From NCBI RefSeq assembly GCF_009914755.1, contig NC_060925.1: a stretch of 64,000 nt of DNA, one strand, 5' to 3'. Shown here in pieces: positions 39,965-54,007 of the stretch. The position numbers and the translations under genes are program-made. Position 1 is the first letter of the stretch. Each line of letters begins with the position of its first letter. Below the pieces are notes generated by a model. The model did no database searches and was not told the origin of the DNA. It worked only from the letters and a program-made list of their open reading frames with translations. Source of the DNA: the human T2T-CHM13v2.0 reference genome, Homo sapiens.

Positions 39965-42124
39965 GTAAGCAGCACCTCAAAAGCCTCAGCCTGTAGCCTG
40001 GCCATGGCGGGGCCTCCGGGGCAGGCTCTTAGAGGTCTTGCTTTACTGGACATTCATGCCTTGCAAGTTCCATCAGCTATAGCCTTAAAATATCAAGGTA
40101 AGCACTTGATGTGTATGCGTATAAGTGAGTTTCTAGGTAAGTACTTGGCAAAACTTGAGAAGAACCAGCAGAAGGAAGAGAAGAATAAGTAGAGTACAAT
40201 GTAAAAACAGGATTAGGGTTCTTCCCATCGAGCACTCCTTTGCTTCAAATGGGTGAGGTGTCTAAAGTGTACTAGGAAAGTTATCTGCATTCCTCATGCT
40301 GTTTTTTCAAATTCAGTCAATTCCTTAGCCATTTTTTGCCCAACCCAGGAACTTTAAGAGTCAGTGAATGGAACTAGTTGTTATATAGCCTTTTAAATGA
40401 AAGAACTTAAATGTCTCCTCTTGATGTGCTGACTCTATAACTGATGGGAGTGTAGGAATTTTAACATGTCACTGCGATTACATTGGAATGGTGAACAAAA
40501 TGTCACTGAATGCCCCCTTCCCCCAAAGAGCAATAACCATAACAGGTGGTGTCTGATGACTTGGAAAGATACATGACATAAAATTTTTATAGGCCTAGAG
40601 TTTTCAACACGAATATGAAGCAGAGAAGTAGGCAATAATTATGTGTACGTGTATTTTGTCCACTCAAAAGATCCACCCAAACTTCTTATTCAGTCTGAAC
40701 CTCAAATACCACCACTGGTTTCTAATTGAGAACCATAGTGATAATTCTGAAATCTATCGGAGAAGGTTTTTCTTAGAATTTTGTCACATGCAGGAGAATT
40801 AAATGTACTGATATTTCCATTAAAACTGGGGAGGGGAGGGAGTAGTGAAGGCTACTGTAGCGAGAAATTTCACTTACCATTTTTCAAATGAAGTAGATGC
40901 TCTTTTATATAAACTAAGCATCTGTACCTCCTTGAATTGAATCCTGACTTCTGTTAATCCCTGCAGGGTGCTGATCCCATCAACCTGTGTTTAGCTGTAC
41001 AGAATTAGGTCCAGTCAGAATATAGAGCTCCACAAAAGTATTGACAATGAAGGGACTGTCCAAGCCTTCCCAACAAACTAAGATGATTTTACAGCAGCAA
41101 ATATCCTTGAAAACATTCTTTCAGATAAAGCAGAATGAATTGACTCCTTTTTAACCTGGGCCTTCCTTAGGTGCTTTGACCCAGCTGGAGGTCATTTTTA
41201 GTCTTGACAGTTCTGGGAAACGGGAACGTCAGCGGTCAAACTCAAGTAGCCTAGTTTTTTCTAGGGCTGTCACCATTCTTATCCAAATCTAAACCCCTTT
41301 TCCACAAAAAAGGGAATTAATGCTTTTTGATACTTGCTACATGTTTGAGGAATGCTTCTAGGTATGGACCACAAATATGCAGCAAATATCAAATCACTGA
41401 ATTTTATCATGGAACCTTCTGCTTTTAAAATATAATTAAATTACTACTGTCTGAATTCCAAGTGTGGAATTCAGAATTTCAACTTCCTGTTGAAGGTAAA
41501 AGGAATTCTCCTGGAGGTAATTTGTAGTATAGCTGGATACAAGTTAAAATCCTGATCTGTTCCCGCAACCTTCACTTCCTTCATTATGGAAACTCAAGGT
41601 ACAAATAGTGTGTCCATTAAAATCCTTATTTACATATTGTGTCACCTTTCCCTTTCCTCTGTCCATGCCAAAGTCATGCCATTCTTTCTTCCCCATCACA
41701 TCTGTCTCTCCCCAAAGCAACTAAGCTACCATTGCTAAACAAGTCCAATGGAAGACAGTATAATATGATGTCATAGAAGGAGCATTAAGCAAGGAGCCTA
41801 TTTTTGACAAGAGTCAACTGTGGGATCCTAGGGAACTCACTCTTTCTTTTTGGATCTTAGTTGCCCCATTTACTAATCATGGTTTGTTGGATCACATGAT
41901 TTATTAAATCTTTCTCCTAATTCCCAAAGCCAGGGAATACCTCTTGGGCTGTATCATTATTGTCTTTTTTTGAAGTCACAAATTCTTTTGAAATCTACTA
42001 AAAGCTATTGATTTCCCCCATGACCCAAAACAAAGATATGTTGCCCATACACCCAAATCCATCTGAAATCCGCCTATTGACTGTATCTCCTCAGATCCCT
42101 AAAGAGCCCTTTTTCTATACCAGA

Positions 42125-42302
42125 GCTACTCTAAGTGTGATCCACAGAATGCAGCATCAGCATCCCCTGGGAGCCTGTTAGAAATATAAATTCTTGAGTG
42201 TCACCCTAATTCTGAATCAGAATCTTTGAGGGTGAAATCTATAATAGAAATTTGTTTTAACAACTTCCCCATGAACACTTAACTTTGAAAAGCAATGTTC
42301 TA
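42125..42302. mobile_element. MER5A-like DNA transposon
   Basis: aagtgtg.tcc....gcagcatcagcatc.cctgggagc.tgttagaaat..aaattct...ctgaatcagaa.ct. Confidence 0.8.
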
Positions 42303-44283
42303 TATGCTTTATCTGAGTGATCTTTTCCATGCTCACAGCTACAAATAATACCTCCATTTGAATACCTAATGGAACTTCTCCCCTGCAGCACCAAACTCAT
42401 AAATTTTACTTCCTAATGGACTTCATCATGGCTCTGCCCAGAGGTTCTTCAAAATTAACTTGTTCAAAATGTGAATCAAACTCTTCCCATAAAACCTACT
42501 ATTCTTTCTGTATTTCATGTCTCATTCTGTGTCTGTTATCTATACATCCCTAGTGCCTAACGCGTATTAGGCCCTTAGTCCATGACTGTTGAGTAATTAG
42601 TTCATTCATGATAACACTCATTTTATACATTGTCCAGATCATTGTCTGTTGGACAATGCAGGAAGTCCCTGAACTGACCTAGCACCTTCCTACCAGTTCC
42701 ATTGTTGTCATTTAGAAGGGTATCATTCCCACAACATGTCCCCTCTTTACCCCCTTCAGCTCATATTTTTTTTACATATAATTGGACCTCAGGTATTTCT
42801 TCTTCAAAAGTCCTCTGAAATTATCTTCATCTTTTTCCCTTTTCTTTCAGCTTGTGCAGTTATCTGAGAAAAAAAATCTCCTTACCTTTTTTCTTCTTTT
42901 CCTATCCCATAAATCAAAAAGCAACCATAATTATGACTGATTCCTATGAATAGTGAAAGTTATGTCAAGAAAAACATAAATTTCAAAGTGAAACTAGATA
43001 TGCAGTGATCCTGAAATACACCCAAAAGTGTCCTTCCTCCTCCAGTTTACCTCTTTTTCTGTAGACATCAGTGTTTACAATAAATAAAGCATTTTCTTAT
43101 TGAATTTTTTTCTTTTTTGTTTAATATTGTGGTGGTACAGACTGATTTTTTTTTAAAAAAGAAAGGCTTGGCATTTCTGCTGTAGTATAAACTGTATAAG
43201 CCTTTCAGTGCTATCCTTATAAGATGTTTTAAGTTTGTTAATGCGTTTAAAAAATTAAGTATAGTTTTGCAACAGTTTTCTTTATCTGCCGTCGTTGGGA
43301 GTTAAATATCAATGATATGTAAGCTGTGGTACATGTGGGATCAACTCCCCCTTCCCTCACCAGATTCATAGTTTGTTTTGTAATTATATAAAAACATCGA
43401 CATTTTAGTTCAAAATCATATCTGGAATGTGGGATATAAAACTTTCCTTCCCCGGGCAGGAATTATGGGGGTAAAACTTGAATTTAACTGTGTCTCCACT
43501 TGTGTCTGGCAGAGGTCTTGGTATGAAGGGAGCAGAGGTACCAGATCAAGCCAAGACACCTGCTGCGAACCACATGAAGGAAATAAATTAACAAATGAAA
43601 GTAAATTAGGTTTATTGTGTCTGCTGGCTTTAACATTTAAACCCTAGAATTCAAGGGGATAATCATTTGTATGCTACAGTTTTTCCTTATGTAGATAACA
43701 CTAAGCTTTACACAAAATAGTCAGTGAAATCTGGTAGATTGAATTATATTGATCCTAAGGTCTATAGTGAAATACAGCTAAGAATCTCAGTCCACATTAA
43801 AGTTATGTAACTTCTAAAAATTTGCAATTAATCTATCACACGAAAGCACCTATATGGACATTTAAAGATCTGTGTATCTTGATGGCATCAAGCCAGCTTT
43901 CACATTGATAAACGCTAGGGGCATTTCTCCTGAAATGTTAGGTATATTTTAGTGTCATAACTGAAGATGTAAGCAAATTTAAAATGCTTGCTCTAAATTA
44001 AAAGGGTTCTAGCTTAAATGAGCAGCTCCTTTATAGGAAGATTTTTGTCACAGTGGTTTCGCTAAATTTCAGTTATATTAAACAAGAGAATCGCATTTTA
44101 TGTAGTTGTCCTTTTGAAGCTCTTACTTCAGATCTTTTTACTGATGTTGCCAAATTATTAATATAAGTAGGATAAGACCAATTAGCTTACCTCTTCACCT
44201 CTCCCATAAAGCCTTTTTTTTCTTCTGCAATGTTTCTGAAGGATGAAATGTGAACTTTCTCATCTTCTCTTAAACTACTCTAG

Positions 44284-44445
<162 letters not shown>

Positions 44446-46683
44446 TAGTTTTTTCTTTGATTGGGGGTGGGGGAAGGAATTGTTCTCCATTTTTATACTG
44501 GCTGTTCCTACATTGGGATTTTCTTTTAATTTGTTAGGCTTTTGATTGGTTAATTTCTGTATTTGATTGTATTTTTGGATGTTAATGTCACTTTGGGCTC
44601 TTTCTTTCATTTCCAAAGAGCAATCTGTTAGACTTTTTACAACGTGGGTTGTCTGGAGGTTTGCATTAATTTGTCTATTAAGTTAAGACCAAAGTAAATT
44701 GGTTAGCTTGAAGAGACCTCTAAATTCTCCTCTCAGGGATATCAATAAGTAAGTTAGACATAGTGCTTAGAGATAGTCTATTGGGATTCTGTCATTTGGC
44801 CTGTTTTATATAAAGCTTTTATCCTTGTCAGTTTTGCTGTTCCAACAACATAATGTCTGGGTCACTTATTAGCATGCATTCTATGCAGAAATATTTACTC
44901 TTCTAGCAAATATCTTATTAGAATGCTTTGGTATGCAAAGCCAGGCTATGAATATTTCTATATATTGTTTATAGTTGTTGTTCTTTATTGTTTTTTGTTG
45001 GTCTTCTTTATGATTATCGGTCATGAGCTATGTAATAGGCTTTGTTTCAGGAAATATGCATTATATCACTAATTTAAGAGTTTAGGTCAAAATACTATAT
45101 TTTGGGGTGTGCCTTGTGTCATCAGTTCAGAATTTCTACATGTGAAAAAATGTAGTTAATAATGCAAAAAATATAACCTTTGTGTTTGTATGCTATGGAA
45201 GGCATGTGGTAATTTTTTTTTCCCTTTGGTAAAGGAAAGACAAGTATTTTCTCATTAAATAAGTTTGGTTTGACTTTGATTAGGGTGCACAGCTAAGAAA
45301 ACTGATGATTCTAACTTAAAAGGTTACCAATTTAAATATGTTTGATCGTAATATGATTACAAACCTAATGTCTAACATTTTTTAGAGTATGTGGTATCTT
45401 TGACCACAAAGCTTGTTTGTCCACTAAAATAAGTTTTCTTACAGCGACTCGTTACTGGAGAAATGTAGGGTTCCACAGACTGATGTCTTCTGTGAGCTTC
45501 CAGATGCATAAATTTGTTATGATAAGGTCCTCCAAGTCACTGGGCTATACCCAGCACTTCTTTTGTGGCCTTCTTTTATCTAAATGGAATCATGCATGAA
45601 GAGTAGCCTGGGCTTTTTCAACATGGATATAATAAAACAATGTAGAATTCAATCCAGTTTTAATTTTCCCAGCACTGCAGGTTAGATTCCTATGAGGAGC
45701 ATATTTACTTTTTTAGAAATATTTTGTTTTTTTCTTCCTCCATCATGGTGTGATTGACAAGGGATCAAAGCTAACAGGTTCAATAACCAGAGAGAGTTCC
45801 ATCTTCTCCATCTGGTCAATTATTAAGAATTTCAGACCCAACAACACCAGTTGAACTGTGCTGCTAGGCAGACATTTTCACTTGTCTCTTTGGAAGAAGT
45901 ACAATTCTGTCAACATTAGCAAAAATGCACTCAACACTCCTGCAAAGGTTATCATAATGCAAAACGATATCAAAATGACTTTTTCCTGTCCCTGGTATAT
46001 CTGCATCGCAGATGGCTTAGCATGATTTATGACTAGTCCTTAGAAAAGCCCTGTGGACTTTCTTCATTACTAAATTTGTAACTATTTATTCTTTCCTAAA
46101 GCCCTTAAAAGAGAAAAATAAGCATTTTAACCCTCTATTCTGTGTTTAAGAAATATGGTTGCCTCTTATGGAATGTCAGACTATGATTACAGTTTTCTAA
46201 GGAATTTTTTTCTGGTGGCTTAAACATCATGTGACTATTCTGAGCACAAAGTAAATTATTATGGAAAATTTGAGCTAAGCCTTCCAATTGTGCGTAAGTT
46301 GTTGGAAATAATCTGCACAGGAACCCCTTTGTAGTGCTTTTTCTAAAGTAGAGGCAAAAGAAAATACTATTGTATGTGTGCAATAGCATGGAATTTTAAA
46401 AGATAAACATTTTAACAGGAAAAGTTATAAATGGGCTTTTCTGTATTTTCTTTTGCTCTTAACCAACCTAAATCATCCACACAGGTAAAGTAGAACTTTA
46501 AAATGTTCAAACTTTTCACATAAGGTGTTTATTATGTTATGTACTTGCTCTTCAATAATTTGGAAAGATAAATGATAATTGAAATAAATTTTAAATAAGA
46601 GGTTAATATGTGAAAATATATTTTGGCAGAGTTTGAAGTCTAGAGTTGTAGAACCTAGGAACTTTTCATAACCTCAGTATTGA

Positions 46684-47063
<380 letters not shown>

Positions 47064-47782
47064 CCAAATATATTTCTTTGCAAGTAAATCCTCTTCCTGC
47101 TAGAGGCTTCTGTATGGAGAACAGCACTTCAGTAAGATTACTTCCAAATATTTCTATTTATTGATATGTTCCATGTCTCCTATCTTCTTAAGCATAATTT
47201 TTTTTTTAAATCACTTAAGACTAAAACCCGGGGGGATTAGCAAGCATTTAGAGACATTTAGCATGCTTCATAGTTTATACCAGCAAAGTGAGACAAAATG
47301 GATGAAGCAAAGAGGAAGAATAGAAGGAAGGAGAGAAAGTTAAATTTTGAAAAAAGAAAGCAAGAATAGGGGCCAGTTGAAGCACTGGTTAAAACCTGGG
47401 GTCTATAATTCTTCTGTAGTGGCCTAGAGTAATGCATTCTTAATTTCTTAATTTCGATGAGATTATAAAACCTCAGAAAAATGAGGCCCTTTCAAGAAGC
47501 TTGGATTATCTTCTGCAGAGGATTTTAACATCCAAGAAGAAAGAAATTGACTTGTGCATTACAGATGTTCACTGTGGCATGCCATCAGCGTTGAAATTAT
47601 ATCACATTCTGTGATTAGATCAGTGGTAGTGGGCTTACTGAAGCTCAGAACCCCAAGATTGGAATTCTTTTGCTTAGCTGTGTGTTTGTGTCAAGGACAA
47701 CAGCAAATTCAACCATGAAAGTTCTTCCTCTAGCACTATTTTAGTCAATGGCAAGCCCATATACATAATCTTGTAATACCCC

Positions 47783-48165
47783 TGTATTAGTCCATTCTCA
47801 CGCTGCTATGAGGAAATGCCTGAGACTGGGTAATTTCTAAAGGAAAGAGGCTTAATTGACTCAGGTTAGCATGGCTGGAGAGGCCTCAGGAAACTTGCAG
47901 TCATGGCAGAAGGTGAAGGGGAAGCAAGGCAGCTTCTTCATAAGGCAGCAGGAAGAAGTGCCGAGTGAAGTGGGGAAGAGCCCCTTATAAAACCATCAGA
48001 TAGATCTTGTGAGAACTCACTCACTATCACAACAGCATGGAGGAAACTGCCCCCATGATTCAATTAAGTTCACCTGGTCTCTCCTTTGACCTGGGGACCG
48101 TGGGGATTATGGGGATTACAATTCAAGATGAGATTTGGGTGGGGACACAAAGTCTAATCATATCA
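47783..48165 (-). mobile_element. THE1 (THE1D-like) MaLR solo LTR
   Basis: tgtattagtccattctcacgctgcta...gagatttgggtggggacaca..atatca; 383 bp, TG..CA ends, perfect 5-bp TSD ACCCC. Confidence 0.93.
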
Positions 48166-48834
48166 ACCCCTAAAAAGAGGTTTGGTGTTTTTCAGGATTG
48201 ATGAAAGGTTATTATATTAAAACTCAGAGCCTTCATGCCCTATGAGAAGTTTTTATATAATACACACAGAGAGAAGGTAACACATACAGAGAAGTTGACT
48301 AAAACTTTAGTAAATCCACAGGAATTCTTATAATTTTGTTTTTTAAAACCAAGTGAAAATATTTATCCCACTGATGTTTTATCTCATGTCTTTCTTAGTA
48401 TGATTCTCCTCTTTATTTTTGATTGAAGAGTGAAAACAATTTGTCCTGGAATTGGAACTCTACAACCTTGAGATACATACCTATTGAAGGGTTTTCACAT
48501 TCAACCAGACAACACTTTACTCTTTTGCTTTGTCCCAAGTAGAAAGTAACAATGAATTTTGGAATTCACAAAGGGAAATGGAAAAGCAAGCATGCATGGG
48601 ACATAATTTAAGCTTACATCTAGTAAAAAGGGCCTATCCTTTGAGCTCCCAAATGGTATGAGAGTCCAATCTAATCAAGCTGAATCAGGCTGGCCACATA
48701 ATCTATCTGAAGTCTTGATTTCTAAACTACAGAAAATGGCAACTACTTCATTAAAATACTGTAAGGAATATTGAGTGAATACATTTAAACACTGAATTCC
48801 TTAAAAGGAAAAAGTAAATCCGTTCTTGCTCTAG

Positions 48835-49062
48835 GTCTTTTGTTCTCATCTAGGGGCAAATTTGTACTCCCAGGGGACATTTGGTACTATCTGGAGCTAT
48901 CTTTGGTTGTCACAATTTTGAAGGGAGGTTGTTATTGGCATCTATTGGATAGAGGATAACCATTGTAGGGCTAACCAGCCTACAATGCATAAGATAATCT
49001 CCCACAATAAAGAATATTTGGCCCAAAATGTCAGTAGCAACAAGGTTGAGAGATCCTATTCT
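48835..49062. mobile_element. MER20 DNA transposon
   Basis: ccccaggggacatttgg..a..tctggag..at.tttggttgtcacaa...tggcatcta.tgg.tagagg...gcccaaaatgtca.tag...aaggttgaga. Confidence 0.85.
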
Positions 49063-52000
49063 AGGTTTAAGCTTTATCATTATTATTATTATTATTATTT
49101 TTGGATTATGAAGTTAACTGATTTTTTTTATTGTTTTTTGCTTTTAATTTTTTTGTTTTTCTTTAACAAATTTAAGTCTCCTGAAGATTCTTTAGAGTAG
49201 AAATGCAATTTTCTGGAACTTGTCTGATGAAAATGGATGTGGACACTTTACCACATCATGATGTCTGCCCAAGCAAATGCATTATAATCATAAGTGATCC
49301 AGTATTTCTTCTCTGCCTAGTTGAGTGTAGATTTAGTTCTGCACATGCCCCAAATGTCTGGGTGGCAGTTTAAATGAGCTGCTTGCCTTCCTTCCCAAAC
49401 CAAATTCAGAACCTTTTAACTGACAACCACATCTTAAAATGTGCTTCTAATGGTAGCTGATGGCTTCAAAACAGCCTGCAGGTAAGGTTTCTGAATGATC
49501 TTCTCAGCAAGCCAAGTCTTTCTGTTTCAGTTCTTTGAGAATGCCACAGCACCTCCAAGAGAGCCCATTCACTATTTGTCAGTGGATCGTGTGCTTCCCA
49601 GGAGGTTATCCATTCCATGATAAATTCTTTCCAACTTGCAGTGCTGGGTAGAGAACATGTCCTCCCCTTGTAGTTCAGATGTTTTTGTGGACTTCCGTCT
49701 GCTTCATTGTGGTGTTAGTGGCACCTGGTCTCTTCCCTCAGCACAGTCAGTGCTTCTAGATACTTATCAGAGAGTGAGAAGCCATGGTAATATTGTACAT
49801 GGGTGTACAGACACAATGAAATGCTGAAACAGCACAGCCAAGAGCACAAGGGACTGTTTCTTCAATTACTGCTCTGATACAAATGCACTTGTATATGAAG
49901 TACATTTATATATGCATATTTATCTCTGTGTACATTAGGCAGCCAGACATATTTACAGTTTATGCACATGTATTTTTTAAATCACCTGTGTCAATTGCAA
50001 TGTGTATCTTTTAAATGACACATTCCATGCCTTCATGGTTCCATGGATGCCACGTCATTGGACATCATGTAGCCCTTTGGGGGTTTCTCCCATTTCTAAG
50101 TTTGTATACTAATTTCCAGAAAAACATTGGTCAAACTTATAGTCCTTATGTTTAGGCTAGATTTACCACAGTGGAACCAGTGGAATCTGGGTGGTGCCAG
50201 GATGGACCTTAAGGTTGACTCTCTGGGTGATGAGACATCATCTAGAGACGATGGGAGAGAAGTAAAATACGTGAGCCTGAAACTGAACACTCTGGGGAGT
50301 TGGGTGGGGGAGTCTGATGACATATAACAAATTATAATTTGGGTTCTTGGAGCTGATTCTTCTTGGTTCTGATGACATCTAAATGCAAGCATGTATTGTA
50401 ATACATTACAAAATGACTTTTATTATTTAGGTTATATCTGTGATTACAAAAAATATTTGAGAGGGATAGAACTAGTATATAGAGATATTATATATCTACA
50501 CGTGAGAATGTGATCTGTGCCACACATTGTTTCATTCATATGTTCAGGAAGACAGTTTCAAAGATAGGTCCCATATTAATGGAAGGAAGTTACAGACCAA
50601 AGGCTTTGTCCCACTGACTGGGTATAAGCCACACCTGGCCAGATCTTACACTTGTTTTGCTAAGGCCCTACCTTTCTAATTCCTTTCAGATAAGCTAAAC
50701 AGAGAAATGTGGGCCAGATGAGACAGGACAAGTCGCAGAGCTATGGAGATGGCATAGTCCTTTGGTTGATGCTTGAGTCCTCCTCTAACCCCCAAAGAAA
50801 GCATTTATTTTTTCCTGGGAAAGAAGGAATGAGAAGGGAGTTAGGTGGAGGATTGTTTTATTTAGTAAAATAGCTAGGTTTTTTTTGCATGCAAATGAAC
50901 ATCCCACAGGACAAAGAAAATTGGAGTTTTTTTTTTTTTTTAATGTTGAGTTGTCCCCAGGTTTATAAATCATCTGCTTTCTCTAAATGGCTCTTGCCTT
51001 TAAAGTATGAAAACACCATGAATAGCCTAGATAGATACCATAAATAAACAGTGCATTGTGTCAGAGTTTAGAGTTCATCATTTGTTAAGTGGTCCTTCTA
51101 TGGGGGAAAAAAAGTCCTCTCTTCTGCTTAGCTGCACCTCTTCATGTGGGGCAGGAAAGCTCTCAGAGCTCAAATCCCTACCTTAGGAGAAAAGAAAAGT
51201 GTCAGAGCTGAGGCATGAATCATTGTTGGGTGATTCCACACTGATGATGGCTGTCTCAGAATATGAGGGCAAGAGCACAATTTGAGCAATATAGGGTTGG
51301 AAATAATAGAGTGCAACTGACCTGGGTCCCTAAGGTCTTTCCTTTTCCAGGCTAATGTCATGTTTTAACCAAACCTTGCACGTTGAGCTTTCTTTCCTAA
51401 TGCGCTGAGCTGCACGATGACTTCAGAATAATATTAAGCTTTTGCAAGCCCTTATGCTTAGGTTGAATGTGGGCTAGGTTCACCGCAGTGGAACCAGTGG
51501 AACCTGGGTGGTGCCAGGATGGACCTTAGGCTAACTCACTGGATGATGCTTCCATCCCTGGGAGGTGAAAAGCAGATGGCTAATGGCCCTTCTTGAGGCC
51601 CACTTATTATTATTATTACTATTATTATTATTAGCAGCGATGTTTCATATTTTATGCATGCTTGAGAATTCCTGGCCCATTATTTTGTTTTCTCTGTAGT
51701 CACAGGTGGCAGAGAAGGGTAGATCACTCCCACATATTCTTACAGTCCTCAAGGTTCCTTGGGCTGTTGCCACCCTGCAAGAAATTTCACCTTCATTTTA
51801 GAAATTAAGAATGTCAATAGACCCATATCATAGAGCCACTCCTAGTAGGTGACATTGCCTTCATGCACTCCCTCCCAGGTGCTGCTCCTCACAGGGGAGG
51901 GGATGGTTTAGCAATGACATATTTAGAATCCAGTTGAATAGTTTATGTGCTCTATCATGGTGGCAGAAGTACCAGTGACCAGCCCATAGCCTCCATCTTG

Positions 52001-52217
52001 TGGTCCCCTGGCCAACCCTAGAATTTTAGAGGCATAGAAGAGAGATCCTAGGTCTAGAGACTACAATCCAAATAGACTAAGTTGGGAAGAATAAAGGTTC
52101 CCTTTCTTGGCTTGAAGTTGCCAAGGGGAAGCAGTTCTATTGACAACTTGCAGTAAGGTATGGCTTCACATAACATAAACAATATGCACCCTTTATTGCT
52201 TGCTCTGTTCTTCATGC

Positions 52218-52658
<441 letters not shown>

Positions 52659-53830
52659 TGAATGCATTTGGCTCTGGCTTTTCAGTTGTACTTGGAAGGC
52701 AGGAGAAGAACAGTAAGCACAGGGCAAGGTGACCGAGACACATCAGGCAGGTGGAACCAGCATATTCTTTATTCACCAAAGGGAAAAGGAGGAGGTGTTC
52801 AGGATGTTACCTCAATTTCCAGGTCTCCCTCTCATGTGTTGGTTTCTCCTGCTCAATATTTACCATATAAAGAGGCAATTAACAAGCAAGCAAATATATT
52901 ACTATCGGACGTTTTCATTTTAAGCTTTAAAAACACCCAGCCAGGTTGACTAAATACATTTCTTAGTCATCCTTGAGGTCAAGGGACTTGAGTTTCTGGT
53001 GATGAGTAGAAGTCCACATTGGGAAGCAAAATCAAGCCATGTGATATCAAATTTTAGTGTTCCATAGTAAGCAGATTTCCTTCATGATACTTGAAGAAGC
53101 CATCCTACTACCTCAGCATGAAACATGTTGTGAGAGGGTAAAGTAGTATGCTGTGGGTCAGAATTACTAGGGAAGTTCTGAGCCATGTCAGCCTAGTTTC
53201 CCACCCTCCATGTGGAACAAGAAGCATTACAAGCCCGGAACAGACCAACTGGTCAGCGATTCACCCCTTTCTTGAGAAACATTGCCTGGAAACCAGTTTG
53301 AAGTGATATGGTCAGGCTTTGGTCAAGTGACTAAACAACTGGCCATCACTTAAGTCCTCAAAAAATACAAGGTCTCAATCAAGTACTGCTCTCTCTGTGA
53401 GATGGCTGCCCAAACCTCCTCTAAACAGAACCTTTGTTTTTATAGGATACCCAGCAAAGGAACAGCTGTATAGGATGACCTGTAGGGAAGAAAAATGGGG
53501 AGAAAAGAAAATTCCTTCATGCTTTCCCCTCCAGCTCCCTCTATCATCCTAATCCTTACCATCTCATGCAGACTTGTTGAACTAGTTTCAATGTGGAGAT
53601 CCCAGTTTTCTTTTACCATTTTACGTCTTGCTTACTGAACTCAGAATTCTTTATGGATTGGCATACGGAGGAAGCTAGCCTCCTCCTAATGGACTCTCCC
53701 AGGACAACTGTCTCCAAAATGATTGCATTAATATGGCATGCCCAAATGGTGGCCTGCCTGATGATGATCTGCCTCCCTTTTCCTACACCTCTCTGACTAA
53801 TTTTCTCTCTGTTATTGTTCATCTGTTTAG

Positions 53831-54007
<177 letters not shown>

